NCBI GenBank assembly: GCA_048941285.1
Contig: JBHLNS010000014.1
Span: forward strand, 1 to 64,000
Length of the DNA: 64,000 nucleotides
Reading direction: 5' to 3'
Origin: Promethearchaeota archaeon
GTDB lineage: Archaea; Asgardarchaeota; Lokiarchaeia; Sigyniarchaeales; SOKP01
Shown: one piece after another, positions 41,260 to 50,090 of the stretch
How positions within the stretch are numbered: position 1 is the stretch's first letter
How the letters are laid out: each line of letters opens with the position of its first letter
Position numbers and translations under genes: made by a program
Notes under the pieces: generated by a model
The model's database searches: none
What the model saw: only the letters and a program-made list of their open reading frames with translations
What the model was told of the DNA's origin: nothing

Positions 41260-41337
41260 CATATCAGCTGAACTGTTTAATCCAAACTCTTCGCTTGTCT
41301 GATCAATTTCACAAGATTTGGCTTTTACTTTTAACAT
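41256..41337 (-). repeat. Degenerate copy of the first 82 nt of the HEAT-repeat gene (39506-39587)
   Basis: Ungapped hand alignment gives 68/82 identical. Translates MLKVKAKSCEIDQTSEEFGLNSSADMLIV* vs MLKVKLQPREIYQRSEEFGLENSANML. Confidence 0.85.
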
Positions 41338-41560
41338 AACCTATTTCTTAAGTCTAACGTTATAAAATAAAACATCTATTGAATTCTCAATTCCTCTCTG
41401 GATTATACCACTTACTATAATGATAATGAGAAAAGCAGAATTAAGACCAATTTAAAAACTATTAACCTTTTTTTTTAATAATTTTTTGCTGAAAAAAGAT
41501 AACTCAAATATAGTTATATTTATATTAGCTTGAATCAAATTTGATTTATCAAATTATTAA

Positions 41561-42307
41561 ATGAAAAGTATTATGACAATTCGTAATTCAATAAATAAAG
41601 CAAGGGCAAAAATGTATGAATTTGCTACTAACTTTAATGTTGTGAAAATTTCTGCTATGGTTGTGATGTTCGGATATATCTTATTACTCATTATTGGCGT
41701 GATTGTAGCAGCATTCCTTGATCCTGATGGATATACAATCTGGGATAACTGGATATCTGATCTTGGCTCAAATAATGATACTCCAGCTCCATACTTGTAT
41801 GATATAGCGTGTATTGTAGCAGGTTCTATGACTATCCCATTAACTTTCTATATGGAAAAATTACTTGCTCCATTACCCAAGAGAACTAAAATGAGAGGTG
41901 AACATTTTTCTCGATTGCGTTTTCGGTTAAGTAGTTATGCTTTCATTTTTAGCATTATTGGGAATTTTGGTTATATTGGGGTAGGAATCTTTAGTGCTGA
42001 TCGTGATTATGATTTCTTATCAGTTTTAGGAATGGGACCTCACGGCCTCATGTCATATCTCGCATTTGGTGGGTTTACTTTCGGAGCTTTCTTTATGGGT
42101 TGGTTAATTGTTTTATATGATACTAAAATTCCCAAAATATTGGGAATCTATGGAATATTTGGGCCTTTATTTGTTGCTATCTTAAATTTAATAGATAGTA
42201 CTCCTTTATTAGAATGGATGTTACTCTTTTCAATCCTAATATGGATAATTCCCCTTTCCCTCATTGTGTTAATGAAACCGGAGTTAATCCCCAAAAGAAC
42301 GGAATAA
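41561..42307 (+). CDS. DUF998-like membrane protein
   Basis: GYTIWDNWISDLG, GVGIFS, H, LEW; about 6 TM segments. Confidence 0.7.
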   Translation: MKSIMTIRNSINKARAKMYEFATNFNVVKISAMVVMFGYILLLIIGVIVAAFLDPDGYTIWDNWISDLGSNNDTPAPYLYDIACIVAGSMTIPLTFYMEKLLAPLPKRTKMRGEHFSRLRFRLSSYAFIFSIIGNFGYIGVGIFSADRDYDFLSVLGMGPHGLMSYLAFGGFTFGAFFMGWLIVLYDTKIPKILGIYGIFGPLFVAILNLIDSTPLLEWMLLFSILIWIIPLSLIVLMKPELIPKRTE

Positions 42308-42424
42308 AACAATAAAATTTTTCTATTTTTTTTTTACAATGAGATGTAAATTAATTTTAGTTGCTTTTTTCTTTATTGTAAAAGAAACTCTAAAAATTTA
42401 TTACAGAATTTGATATATCTATAA

Positions 42425-43042
42425 TTGATATTTATTTATTTTTTGAGTCAACTAGGTATTTTTAAGATGAGTAAGAAAAACAGTGAAAAAATTGACGTTA
42501 TTGCGGATGCAATTGAACAATCTATGAAAAAAGGCCATATTAGCACCTTAATATTATTAGCCTTGGAAAAGGGGCCTTCTCATGGTTATAGTTTAATGCA
42601 AACCATAACTGAGGATACATACGGAGTTTGGAATCCCACCGCTTCATCCTTATATCCACATCTTTCTTCCTTAACAGAAAAAGGGCTAATTGAGTTTACA
42701 ACAGAAATGGAAGGAAAAAGAGAGCGAAAAGTTTATGAAATTACTGAGAAAGGAAGAAAAACATTGAAGATGCTACTGGAAAGACAACAGAACATGCGGA
42801 AATCTCTACTTTCTATGATTATGTCAACTATCGGATTAACAAATTTAACCCTACCTAAGGATTTTGAAGATCTGTTTGGTCCAGATTTAATTGATGATGC
42901 AAGTTTAATTGGTAAGACTAAGGATGAAAAACTTAAGATTTTGTCGAAAAGAAAACTAGTTTTGGAAAAAATAGTCAATAAATTGGAAAATTTTGTAAAT
43001 GATCTTAATCAAAGAATTGAAAATTTAAAGTCCAAATATTAA
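42425..43042 (+). CDS. PadR-family transcriptional regulator (start likely ATG 42467)
   Basis: ILLALEKGPSHGYSLM...SLYPHL..L.EKGLI...RKVYEITEKG. Confidence 0.93.
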   Translation: MIFIYFLSQLGIFKMSKKNSEKIDVIADAIEQSMKKGHISTLILLALEKGPSHGYSLMQTITEDTYGVWNPTASSLYPHLSSLTEKGLIEFTTEMEGKRERKVYEITEKGRKTLKMLLERQQNMRKSLLSMIMSTIGLTNLTLPKDFEDLFGPDLIDDASLIGKTKDEKLKILSKRKLVLEKIVNKLENFVNDLNQRIENLKSKY

Positions 43043-43212
43043 ACTTAGTCCAATTCTTGACATTTCAATTAAAGAACTTCTTACATATTCATATTTATTT
43101 CTTTTTATTGGAAAAAATTTATATATCAGATTGTATATATATTTATTGTAGATATATAATCTAAGAATATATCAGTCACTTACATATTAAAAATTTGCTT
43201 TAGAATCATATT

Positions 43213-44244
43213 TTGTTAAAAATTAAGGTGATTAATCAATTGAAAGTTTTATTAACTGGAGCATTTGGCAATGTTGGTTTAAGTACTTTAAAAGAGTTGC
43301 TTAAGAGAAATCATGATATAAGAGTTTTTGACATTAGAACTAAAAAAAATAAAAGACTTGCTAACAAATATAAGAAAGAGATAGAAATTGTTTGGGGAGA
43401 TCTGAGAGATTATAGCTGTGTAGAAAAAGCTGTTTCTGACAGAGATGTGGTTATACATGTTGCTGCGATTATTCCTCCTCTTGCCGATAAAAAACCAAAA
43501 TTCGCAGAATCTATAAATGTGGGAGGTACCGCTAATATCATTGAAGCAATAGAAAAGCAACCTAAAAAACCAAAATTGATCTTTACATCTTCAATTGCAG
43601 TTTATGGAGATAGACTTGAAAATCCTCTGATAAGGCCGAAAGATTCACCAAATCCTAATTCAGATGACGAATATGCTAAACAAAAATTAAAATGTGAAGA
43701 ACTAATAAAAAAATCTAATTTGGAATGGGCAATCTTTAGATTAACTTATATTGTATCATTAAATAAACTGCAGATGGATCCTTTAATGTTTGAAATGCCA
43801 CTTAATACATCTATCGAAATTTGTGATACAAATGATGTTGGCTTAGCTCTTGCTAATGCTGTTAATTGTGAAGAAATCTGGGGAGAGATTTTGCATATTG
43901 CTGGTGGAGAAAGATGTCGCATTTCATATCGAGAATATCTTAATGAAATGCTCGATATTTTTGGTATTGGTTTTGAAGAATTACCTGAAGAAGCTTTCAG
44001 GCAAGATAGGGGTTTTCACTGCGGTTTCATGAATACAGATAAAAGTCAAGTACTTCTAAATTATCAAAGATATACGCTCGATGATTACTTCGCTGCAGTA
44101 AGGAAAAAAGTAGCATTTTCACGTTTTTTTACTACGATGTTTAAACCAATTGCTCAAAAGTTTCTATTAAACAAATCTCATTATTATAAAGAATCTCTAA
44201 ACAGTCATCTTTCAGAATCAAAAAATTACTTGAGGAAGCTTTAA
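43213..44244 (+). CDS. NAD-dependent epimerase/dehydratase (extended SDR; start likely TTG 43240)
   Basis: VLLTGAFGNVG, HVAA, SSIAVYG, YAKQK (YxxxK). Confidence 0.92.
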   Translation: MLKIKVINQLKVLLTGAFGNVGLSTLKELLKRNHDIRVFDIRTKKNKRLANKYKKEIEIVWGDLRDYSCVEKAVSDRDVVIHVAAIIPPLADKKPKFAESINVGGTANIIEAIEKQPKKPKLIFTSSIAVYGDRLENPLIRPKDSPNPNSDDEYAKQKLKCEELIKKSNLEWAIFRLTYIVSLNKLQMDPLMFEMPLNTSIEICDTNDVGLALANAVNCEEIWGEILHIAGGERCRISYREYLNEMLDIFGIGFEELPEEAFRQDRGFHCGFMNTDKSQVLLNYQRYTLDDYFAAVRKKVAFSRFFTTMFKPIAQKFLLNKSHYYKESLNSHLSESKNYLRKL

Positions 44245-44461
44245 AAGCAGTTAATAAAGAAATGGTTTATTACTCAGATATCGAGGGCTATAAAGGATCT
44301 ATTGAAGTTTGGAGTACCTGGCAAGAAGGATTTGAAGCTTTAGGTATACAAATTCCCGACTTATAATCCCAAAAAAATACAATAATAATTTAATATTTTT
44401 TTTTAATCTAATAACTTCATTTTTTAATATAAAAATCAAATTTCTAAACTAAAATGTTTAA

Positions 44462-44660
44462 GATCAATCACAAATGTATTGATCATTGACTTTTTCCAAA
44501 ATTAAATAGTCAAGAATCTTCAATCTGGTTAAAAATTGTTTGATGTTGTGACCGCTTTACAAATATTTGATTATATCGATTAACAGAAAGTATTAAAAAT
44601 ATTGAAAATGAATAAATTTTAAAAAAAAATATTTAAAATTGATCTTAACAAATAGATCAA
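44462..44660. promoter_or_regulatory. Two GATC-containing inverted repeats upstream of the hdr cluster
   Basis: GATCAAT-N9-ATTGATC at 44462-44484 and TTGATCT-N8-AGATCAA at 44639-44660. Confidence 0.4.
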
Positions 44661-44749
44661 TATTGGAAATTAAAAACCATTCAATAAAAATCTAAGAAAT
44701 TTATTAATATACAATAATGTAAAAGCTAGAGGTGGATGTGTAAGAATAG

Positions 44750-46693
44750 ATGAGTAATACTGAAAATCATCGGATTGGATACTATGCTTGTCAATGAGGT
44801 GTAAATATTAGAACGAAAGTTGATTGCGATGAATTAACTGAGTTCGTGAAAAATCTCGGTGATGAGATTATAATTTCAAAGAAAAATCCATTTCTTTGAA
44901 CTGATAATGCTCAGAATGAAATTATAGAAGATATCAAGGAAAAGAACTTAAATAGAATTGTGGCATCAGCTTGAACCCCACGTACACATGAAGTAATTTA
45001 TAGAGGTACTATTGCTAAAACAGATTTAAATCCATACTATTTTCAAATGGTAAATGTCCGTGAACACTGTTCATGGTGTACAGACAGCAAAGAAGAAGCC
45101 ACAAAAAAAGCGAAAATTCTAGTGAAAAGCGGTATCGAAAGAGTGAAGCGATTAGAGACAGTTCCCATCAAAACGGTCCCGGTTACTAAAGCTACATTAA
45201 TTGTAGGAGGTGGAATCGCAGGGATGAATGCAGCTTTAGATCTAGCAAATCAAGGTATTAAGGTTTATTTGGTTGAACAAAAAACCACTATAGGAGGAAG
45301 AATGTCTCAATTGGATAGAACTTTTCCAACAGATGACTGTGCAATATGAATTTGTGGTCCTAAAATGTTAGAGGTCAATAGAAATGAAAATATTGAATTA
45401 TTAAGTTTTAGTGAAGTAAAGAAAATTGAAGGATATGTTGGAAATTATAACGTAACAATCGAGAAGAAACCACGATATACAACAGACGAATGTAATGGGT
45501 GTGGAGCTTGTGCTGAAGTATGCCCTGTCTATACAACAAATTATTTCGACGAAAATTTAGGTGCTCGAAGAGCAATTGATATCCCCTTTGGTCAAGCAGT
45601 ACCATTTCTATACGATATAGATAGAAATGCATGTATAGAATGCTTCTCTTGTGTGGATGCTTGCGAATTAGATGCTATTGATTTTAGTCAAGAACCACAG
45701 GAACTAAATGCTGAGGTGGGAACAGTAATTATAGCAACAGGTTGGGATATATATGAACCTTTTGGTGAATACGGATATGGAGAATTCGAAAATGTTATCA
45801 CTCAAGTCCAGTTAGAACGAATATTGGCTCCAAATGGACCTCTTGAAGGTCATGTGCACCGAATTTCAGATAATAAGAAACCTAAGGAAATTGTATTTAT
45901 ACAATGTGTCGGAAGTCGTGAAACAGAAAGAACTTATTGTAGTGGTGTGTGTTGCATGCTTGCATTAAAAAATGGTCGATTGTTGCTAGAAGAATTTCCT
46001 GATGCAAACATTACAATTTGTTATATTGATATAAGAACTCCTGAAAAAGGATTCGAGGAGTATTATGATAGAGCTAAGGAAGCAGGTATTACTATGATTC
46101 GTGGAAAGGTGGGTGAGATCTCTGAAGATCCTGAAACTAAAAATGTGAAAGTACGTGTATATTCCTCTTTAACAGATAAGATTGTAATAATTGACGCAGA
46201 TTTAGTAGTATTGTCAACAGCAGCTCTTCCTTCTAAAGGTAGTCAGCAAATCATAGATATTTTAAATCTTGATACTAACGCATATGGATTTCTTACGGAA
46301 TCACATTTCGGTTTATTACCACAAGAAACAAAATCAAAAGGAATTTTTATAGCAGGGTTTGCTCAAGGTCCTAAAAACATTTCCTATTCTGTTTCTCAAG
46401 CTAGAGCAGCAGCTAGCAAAGTTGCTGAACTCACGGCGCCCGGAGAAATTGATATTGAACTCATCACTGCTGAAGTTGATAGTGAATTTTGTATTTCATG
46501 TCGACGATGTGAAAAACAATGCCCCAAAAATGCCATTAGGATTGAAAAAGAAACCGGAGCTTTTATTGATGAGATAAATTGCGATGGCTGTGGTATATGT
46601 GCTACATGCTGCCCTACTCAAGCTATTGATATAAGATACTATAGAGATTATCAGTTATTTGCAGAAATTGATGGTCTTTTAGGAGGTGATTAA
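44750..46693 (+). CDS. hdrA: Heterodisulfide reductase subunit A, selenoprotein with 4 in-frame UGA (647 aa)
   Basis: One frame from ATG 44750 (GAGGTGG upstream) through the tracked ORFs 45047 and 45365. TGA at 44795 (ACQ-U-G), 44897 (PFL-U-TD), 44972 (ASA-U-TPRTHE) and 45347 (DCAI-U-ICGPKM) align to Cys in paralogs (CHCG, NLYSCS, ASCTPRTHE, DCAICILAPK). Confidence 0.93.
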
Positions 46694-46699
46694 ACACAC

Positions 46700-47161
46700 A
46701 TGGTGTACAATTACAATTTAATTGTTTTTGCCTGTTTAAAGTGAGGATATAGTGCAGCTGATTTAGCAGGAGTTTCTCGATTAAAATATACTCCGGCGGT
46801 TAAAATCATAAAAGTAAGATGCACTGGTCGAGTTGATGTTAAACATATTTTCTATAGTATTCGTGCGGGAGCTGATGGAGTTATGGTTGTTGGTTGACGC
46901 CCAAACGAGTGTCAATTTAAAAATGGTAATTTCACGGCTCAAAGACATATAGATTTAGCAAACAGAATCTTGGAATCTCGTGGTTTCGGAGATCAAAGAA
47001 TAAACATGTATTGGTTAAGTGGAGCAGAGTCAGAGAAATTTGTGAAAAGTGTTGAAGATGCTTTAGGAAAGGTTGAGAAAGCTGGGCCAAATCCACTTAA
47101 CTTAGAAGAAACGTCACCAAAAATAAAACAAAAACAAGTAATAACTACCCCTGCAGAATGA
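46700..47161 (+). CDS. mvhD: MvhD/VhuD [2Fe-2S] subunit, selenoprotein with 2 in-frame UGA (153 aa)
   Basis: ATG 46700 after AGGAGGTGA; MVYNYNLIVFACLK-U-GYSAADLAG...RCTGRVD...VVG-U-RPNECQF. TGA at 46742 and 46895 match CNWCSY and GCHPGDC of the paralogs. Confidence 0.93.
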
Positions 47162-47214
47162 TTCTTATAAACAAATTCTAGTTATAAGAAGACTAACCTT
47201 GCAAAGGAAGGGGT
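47147..47214 (+). promoter_or_regulatory. Eukaryote-like SECIS element (AUGA...GA core)
   Basis: ATGA (47158-61), TTCTTATAA, loop ACAAATTCTAG, TTATAAGAA, GA (47191-92): perfect 9-bp stem with AAA in the loop. Possible lower stem ACCCCT (47147-52) / AGGGGT (47209-14). Confidence 0.85.
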
Positions 47215-47277
47215 TTTTAAATAGTATTCAATTAAAAGTTAAAATGTAATAAAAATGTAATCCAAAAGGGTGGAAAT

Positions 47278-48780
47278 ATGGTTCAGATTTCAAAAAATCA
47301 TAATTTTAATGGAATATCTCCAAAGATTTTGATGGATGCTACCTACAAAGCAGTTGAGAATTTTCAGATTAGAGCATTTTTTGAGGCAAAAGATGACATT
47401 TTGAATACTGGTAAATATTCTGAAGATGAATTTTATGAAATTCTGGATTCGATGATAGATGCTGAAACAGAACGTAAATTAGTGTTACAAACATTAACTG
47501 GTAAAGAACCGTTATTTTTAGATGAAATTGCTAGATTATTAAAAGATTTTCCTCAAGAAAACGCAATTCGAGATGTCATATATTTGAAAGAACAAGGATA
47601 TATTGAAGAACTAATCGAAGTAAAAAGTAAAACTGTCATTAAAAAAATCAAGGGAGAAGAGAAAGAAGTAGAGGAAAAAGAATATTTGTATAGATATCAA
47701 GTTAAGGATAAAGCTTATGATTTTATTGAGCATTTTTTTGAACCTGTTTCTATTGTGTTTGATTCTGAAGTATGTTGTCAGTGTGGTTGGTGCTCATCAA
47801 TTTGCCCAGTAAATGCAATTTCAGTGACAGCAGATACTTTAGAAATAGATGATGTAATTTGTATGAAATGTGGCTTATGTTATTCTGTTTGTCCGAGATC
47901 ATTTTCAATTGAACAAGCGGGCAAAAATATAAATAAACTTGATAAATCTTTAAAATTTTCAGAAGAAATTAACGGTTATATTAGTACTTATTCGGCTACA
48001 ACCATTAAGGATGAGATTAAAAAAGTAAGACAGGATGGAGGGATTGTAACGTCTCTCCTTGAATACCTCCTAAAAAATAAACTAGTTGATGCAATTGTAG
48101 CAGTACAACATTCAAAGGAATTATGGAAACCAGAGCCCATTATCATAGAAGATGTTAAAGATTTGTACAAAACTAGTGGAACAAAATATGCTAACGCCTC
48201 AACTTTAAGTATAATCGCTGATACTAAAAAGTACGAAAATATTGCGGTTGTAGGTGTTCCTTGCATGATGAACGCTCTCAAAAAGGGGATTTTATTCCCG
48301 AGCGGATTACCTTTTTTCAAGAACATTAGATATAGAATTGGGCTTTTTTGCATGGAATCCTTTCCCTATAACGGTGTTCTTAACTTAATTAAAGAACAAT
48401 TTAAAAAAGATTTTAATAAAGTTACAAAAATGGATATAAGTGGAGGTAAATTTATCATTTACTTAGATTCTGGCGAGGACTTAAACGTACCTTTAAAAGA
48501 AGTTAAATCATATGCTCGGCATAATTGCCATTATTGTGAGGATTTAACTGCTGACTATGCCGATATTTCTGTGGGATCAATTGGGTCCCCTAGCGGTTGG
48601 TCTACAGTAATTACTCGGAATAAAGAAGGTGAAAAAATCTATAAAGAAGCAATTGAGGCAGGGCTAATAGAATCTAAGAATTTAAAAGACGTTAAACCTG
48701 GACAACCTTTATTAGAAAGGATTGCTGGAACCAAAAGAAAAGATTGTAAACCTATTATATTGGAAAAAAAACAAGAATGA
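47278..48780 (+). CDS. FrhB-family F420-binding subunit with N-terminal winged-helix-like domain
   Basis: CCQCGWCSSICP, CMKCGLCYSVCP, QDGGIVT, VGVPC, IGLFCMESF, CHYCEDLTADYADISVGSIGS. Confidence 0.9.
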   Translation: MVQISKNHNFNGISPKILMDATYKAVENFQIRAFFEAKDDILNTGKYSEDEFYEILDSMIDAETERKLVLQTLTGKEPLFLDEIARLLKDFPQENAIRDVIYLKEQGYIEELIEVKSKTVIKKIKGEEKEVEEKEYLYRYQVKDKAYDFIEHFFEPVSIVFDSEVCCQCGWCSSICPVNAISVTADTLEIDDVICMKCGLCYSVCPRSFSIEQAGKNINKLDKSLKFSEEINGYISTYSATTIKDEIKKVRQDGGIVTSLLEYLLKNKLVDAIVAVQHSKELWKPEPIIIEDVKDLYKTSGTKYANASTLSIIADTKKYENIAVVGVPCMMNALKKGILFPSGLPFFKNIRYRIGLFCMESFPYNGVLNLIKEQFKKDFNKVTKMDISGGKFIIYLDSGEDLNVPLKEVKSYARHNCHYCEDLTADYADISVGSIGSPSGWSTVITRNKEGEKIYKEAIEAGLIESKNLKDVKPGQPLLERIAGTKRKDCKPIILEKKQE

Positions 48781-48791
48781 AATAATCCTAT

Positions 48792-50090
48792 TTGGATTTA
48801 ACTAAGGGAGTGAGATCTATAACAGAAACAGAAAAACAAAAAAAATCGAAACAAATTACTGAGGATACAGATTTTCTTATAAGAAAAATATATAAATCAG
48901 ATCTCAGAAATTTATTGAAAAAATGCTATCAATGTGCTCGTTGTTCTGGTGTATGTCAAATTAGTAAAGTTCAAAAATTTACTCCCAGTAGAATTATCCA
49001 GATGATCTTAGAAGGATTTGAAGATGATATAATTAAGAGCGGAGTGTTATGGGATTGTTTAATGTGCAATAGCTGCCTTCAAATGTGCCCCAAAGACATA
49101 AATTTTGCGGATATTGTACGAATTGCTAGATATAAAATGAGGATGCTAGATATTCAAAATCTTGATCGTTCTATTGCCCATAAAGGCATTTATACCATGA
49201 TGTCAGAATTAATGAGTCAAAATAATATTAAAATCGAAAGGCCTTTAGATTGGGTACTAAAAGGGTGCAAAATTTCAGAAAGAGGTAATATTTTATATTA
49301 TGTAGGGTGTTTACCCTTTTTTGGTTTTGAATTTGAAAATTCAACTTCTATAGCAGAAAGTACACTGAAACTTATTTATAAACTCGAGAAGGAGCCAATA
49401 GTAGTTCTTAAAGAAGAAACATGTTGTGGCCATGATTTGTATTGGGGTCAAGCAAAATTCGAAGCCTTTATTGACCTGGCTAAGAAAAATGTAAATAAGT
49501 TTGAAAAAGCAGGGGTTTCAACAATAATAACAGCATGCGCTGAATGTTATAGAACATTTAAAATTGATTATCCAAATTTATTTGAAGATTTTAATGATAA
49601 ATTTGAAGTTAAACATATTATTGAATATATTTTTGATAATTGGAAACAAGGTAAAGTTCAGTTTAAGAAACCAAATGAATCCAATGAGGCTATTCATTTC
49701 ACTTATCACGATCCTTGTAGATTAAGTAGGTATTTACCTAAAGAAAATAATATAATTGAAGAAGTTAGAGAACTATTTTATCATTTGGAAACAATAGGTT
49801 ACGTTTTTAAGGAAATGGAGCATAATAAAAAAAATTCATATTGTTGTGGAGTTAATTCTTGGATGAATTGTAATGAAAGATCCAAAGCTTTGCGATATAA
49901 GCGTCTTTCAGAAGCTAAAGCTGTTGGAACTAAATTGATCACCTCATGTCCGAAATGTAGAATGCATTTAAATTGCTTAAAAAAGGATTATGATGAGTTT
50001 GCTTCAATGGAAATAATAGATTTTTCAGATTTTCTATGCGATATAACAGATATAATAAATTCCGATAATAAGATTGAGGTTAAAGGATAA
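48792..50090 (+). CDS. HdrD-like Fe-S oxidoreductase (HdrC-like ferredoxin plus two CCG domains)
   Basis: CYQCARCSGVC, CLMCNSCLQMCP, YVGC, TCCG, TACAEC, YHDPC, YCCG, TSCPKC. Confidence 0.88.
   Translation: MDLTKGVRSITETEKQKKSKQITEDTDFLIRKIYKSDLRNLLKKCYQCARCSGVCQISKVQKFTPSRIIQMILEGFEDDIIKSGVLWDCLMCNSCLQMCPKDINFADIVRIARYKMRMLDIQNLDRSIAHKGIYTMMSELMSQNNIKIERPLDWVLKGCKISERGNILYYVGCLPFFGFEFENSTSIAESTLKLIYKLEKEPIVVLKEETCCGHDLYWGQAKFEAFIDLAKKNVNKFEKAGVSTIITACAECYRTFKIDYPNLFEDFNDKFEVKHIIEYIFDNWKQGKVQFKKPNESNEAIHFTYHDPCRLSRYLPKENNIIEEVRELFYHLETIGYVFKEMEHNKKNSYCCGVNSWMNCNERSKALRYKRLSEAKAVGTKLITSCPKCRMHLNCLKKDYDEFASMEIIDFSDFLCDITDIINSDNKIEVKG

Noticed and set aside
44545-44562. Rex-like operator TTGTGA...TTACAA
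   Set aside because: Spacing and right half deviate from the consensus, and no Rex-like regulator is in the window.
45047-45349. Tracked 100-aa, 442-aa and 63-aa ORFs as separate genes
   Set aside because: They are in-frame fragments of the Sec-containing hdrA and mvhD.
44750-47161. hdrA/mvhD as pseudogenes, or UGA reassigned genome-wide to Trp/Cys
   Set aside because: All six internal stops are TGA at Cys positions with no frameshifts, and a SECIS-like hairpin follows. TGA is a normal stop elsewhere (e.g. 32374, 48778), and paralogs use TGT/TGC.
47159-47170. A third Sec at the terminal TGA of mvhD (U-F-L-stop)
   Set aside because: Non-conserved tail with no Cys equivalent in paralogs; the codon is part of the SECIS core.
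48777-48805. Second SECIS at the frhB stop (ATGA followed by an AATCC/GGATT stem)
   Set aside because: Short stem, no GA on the 3' side and no AAA loop; the upstream gene has no internal UGA.
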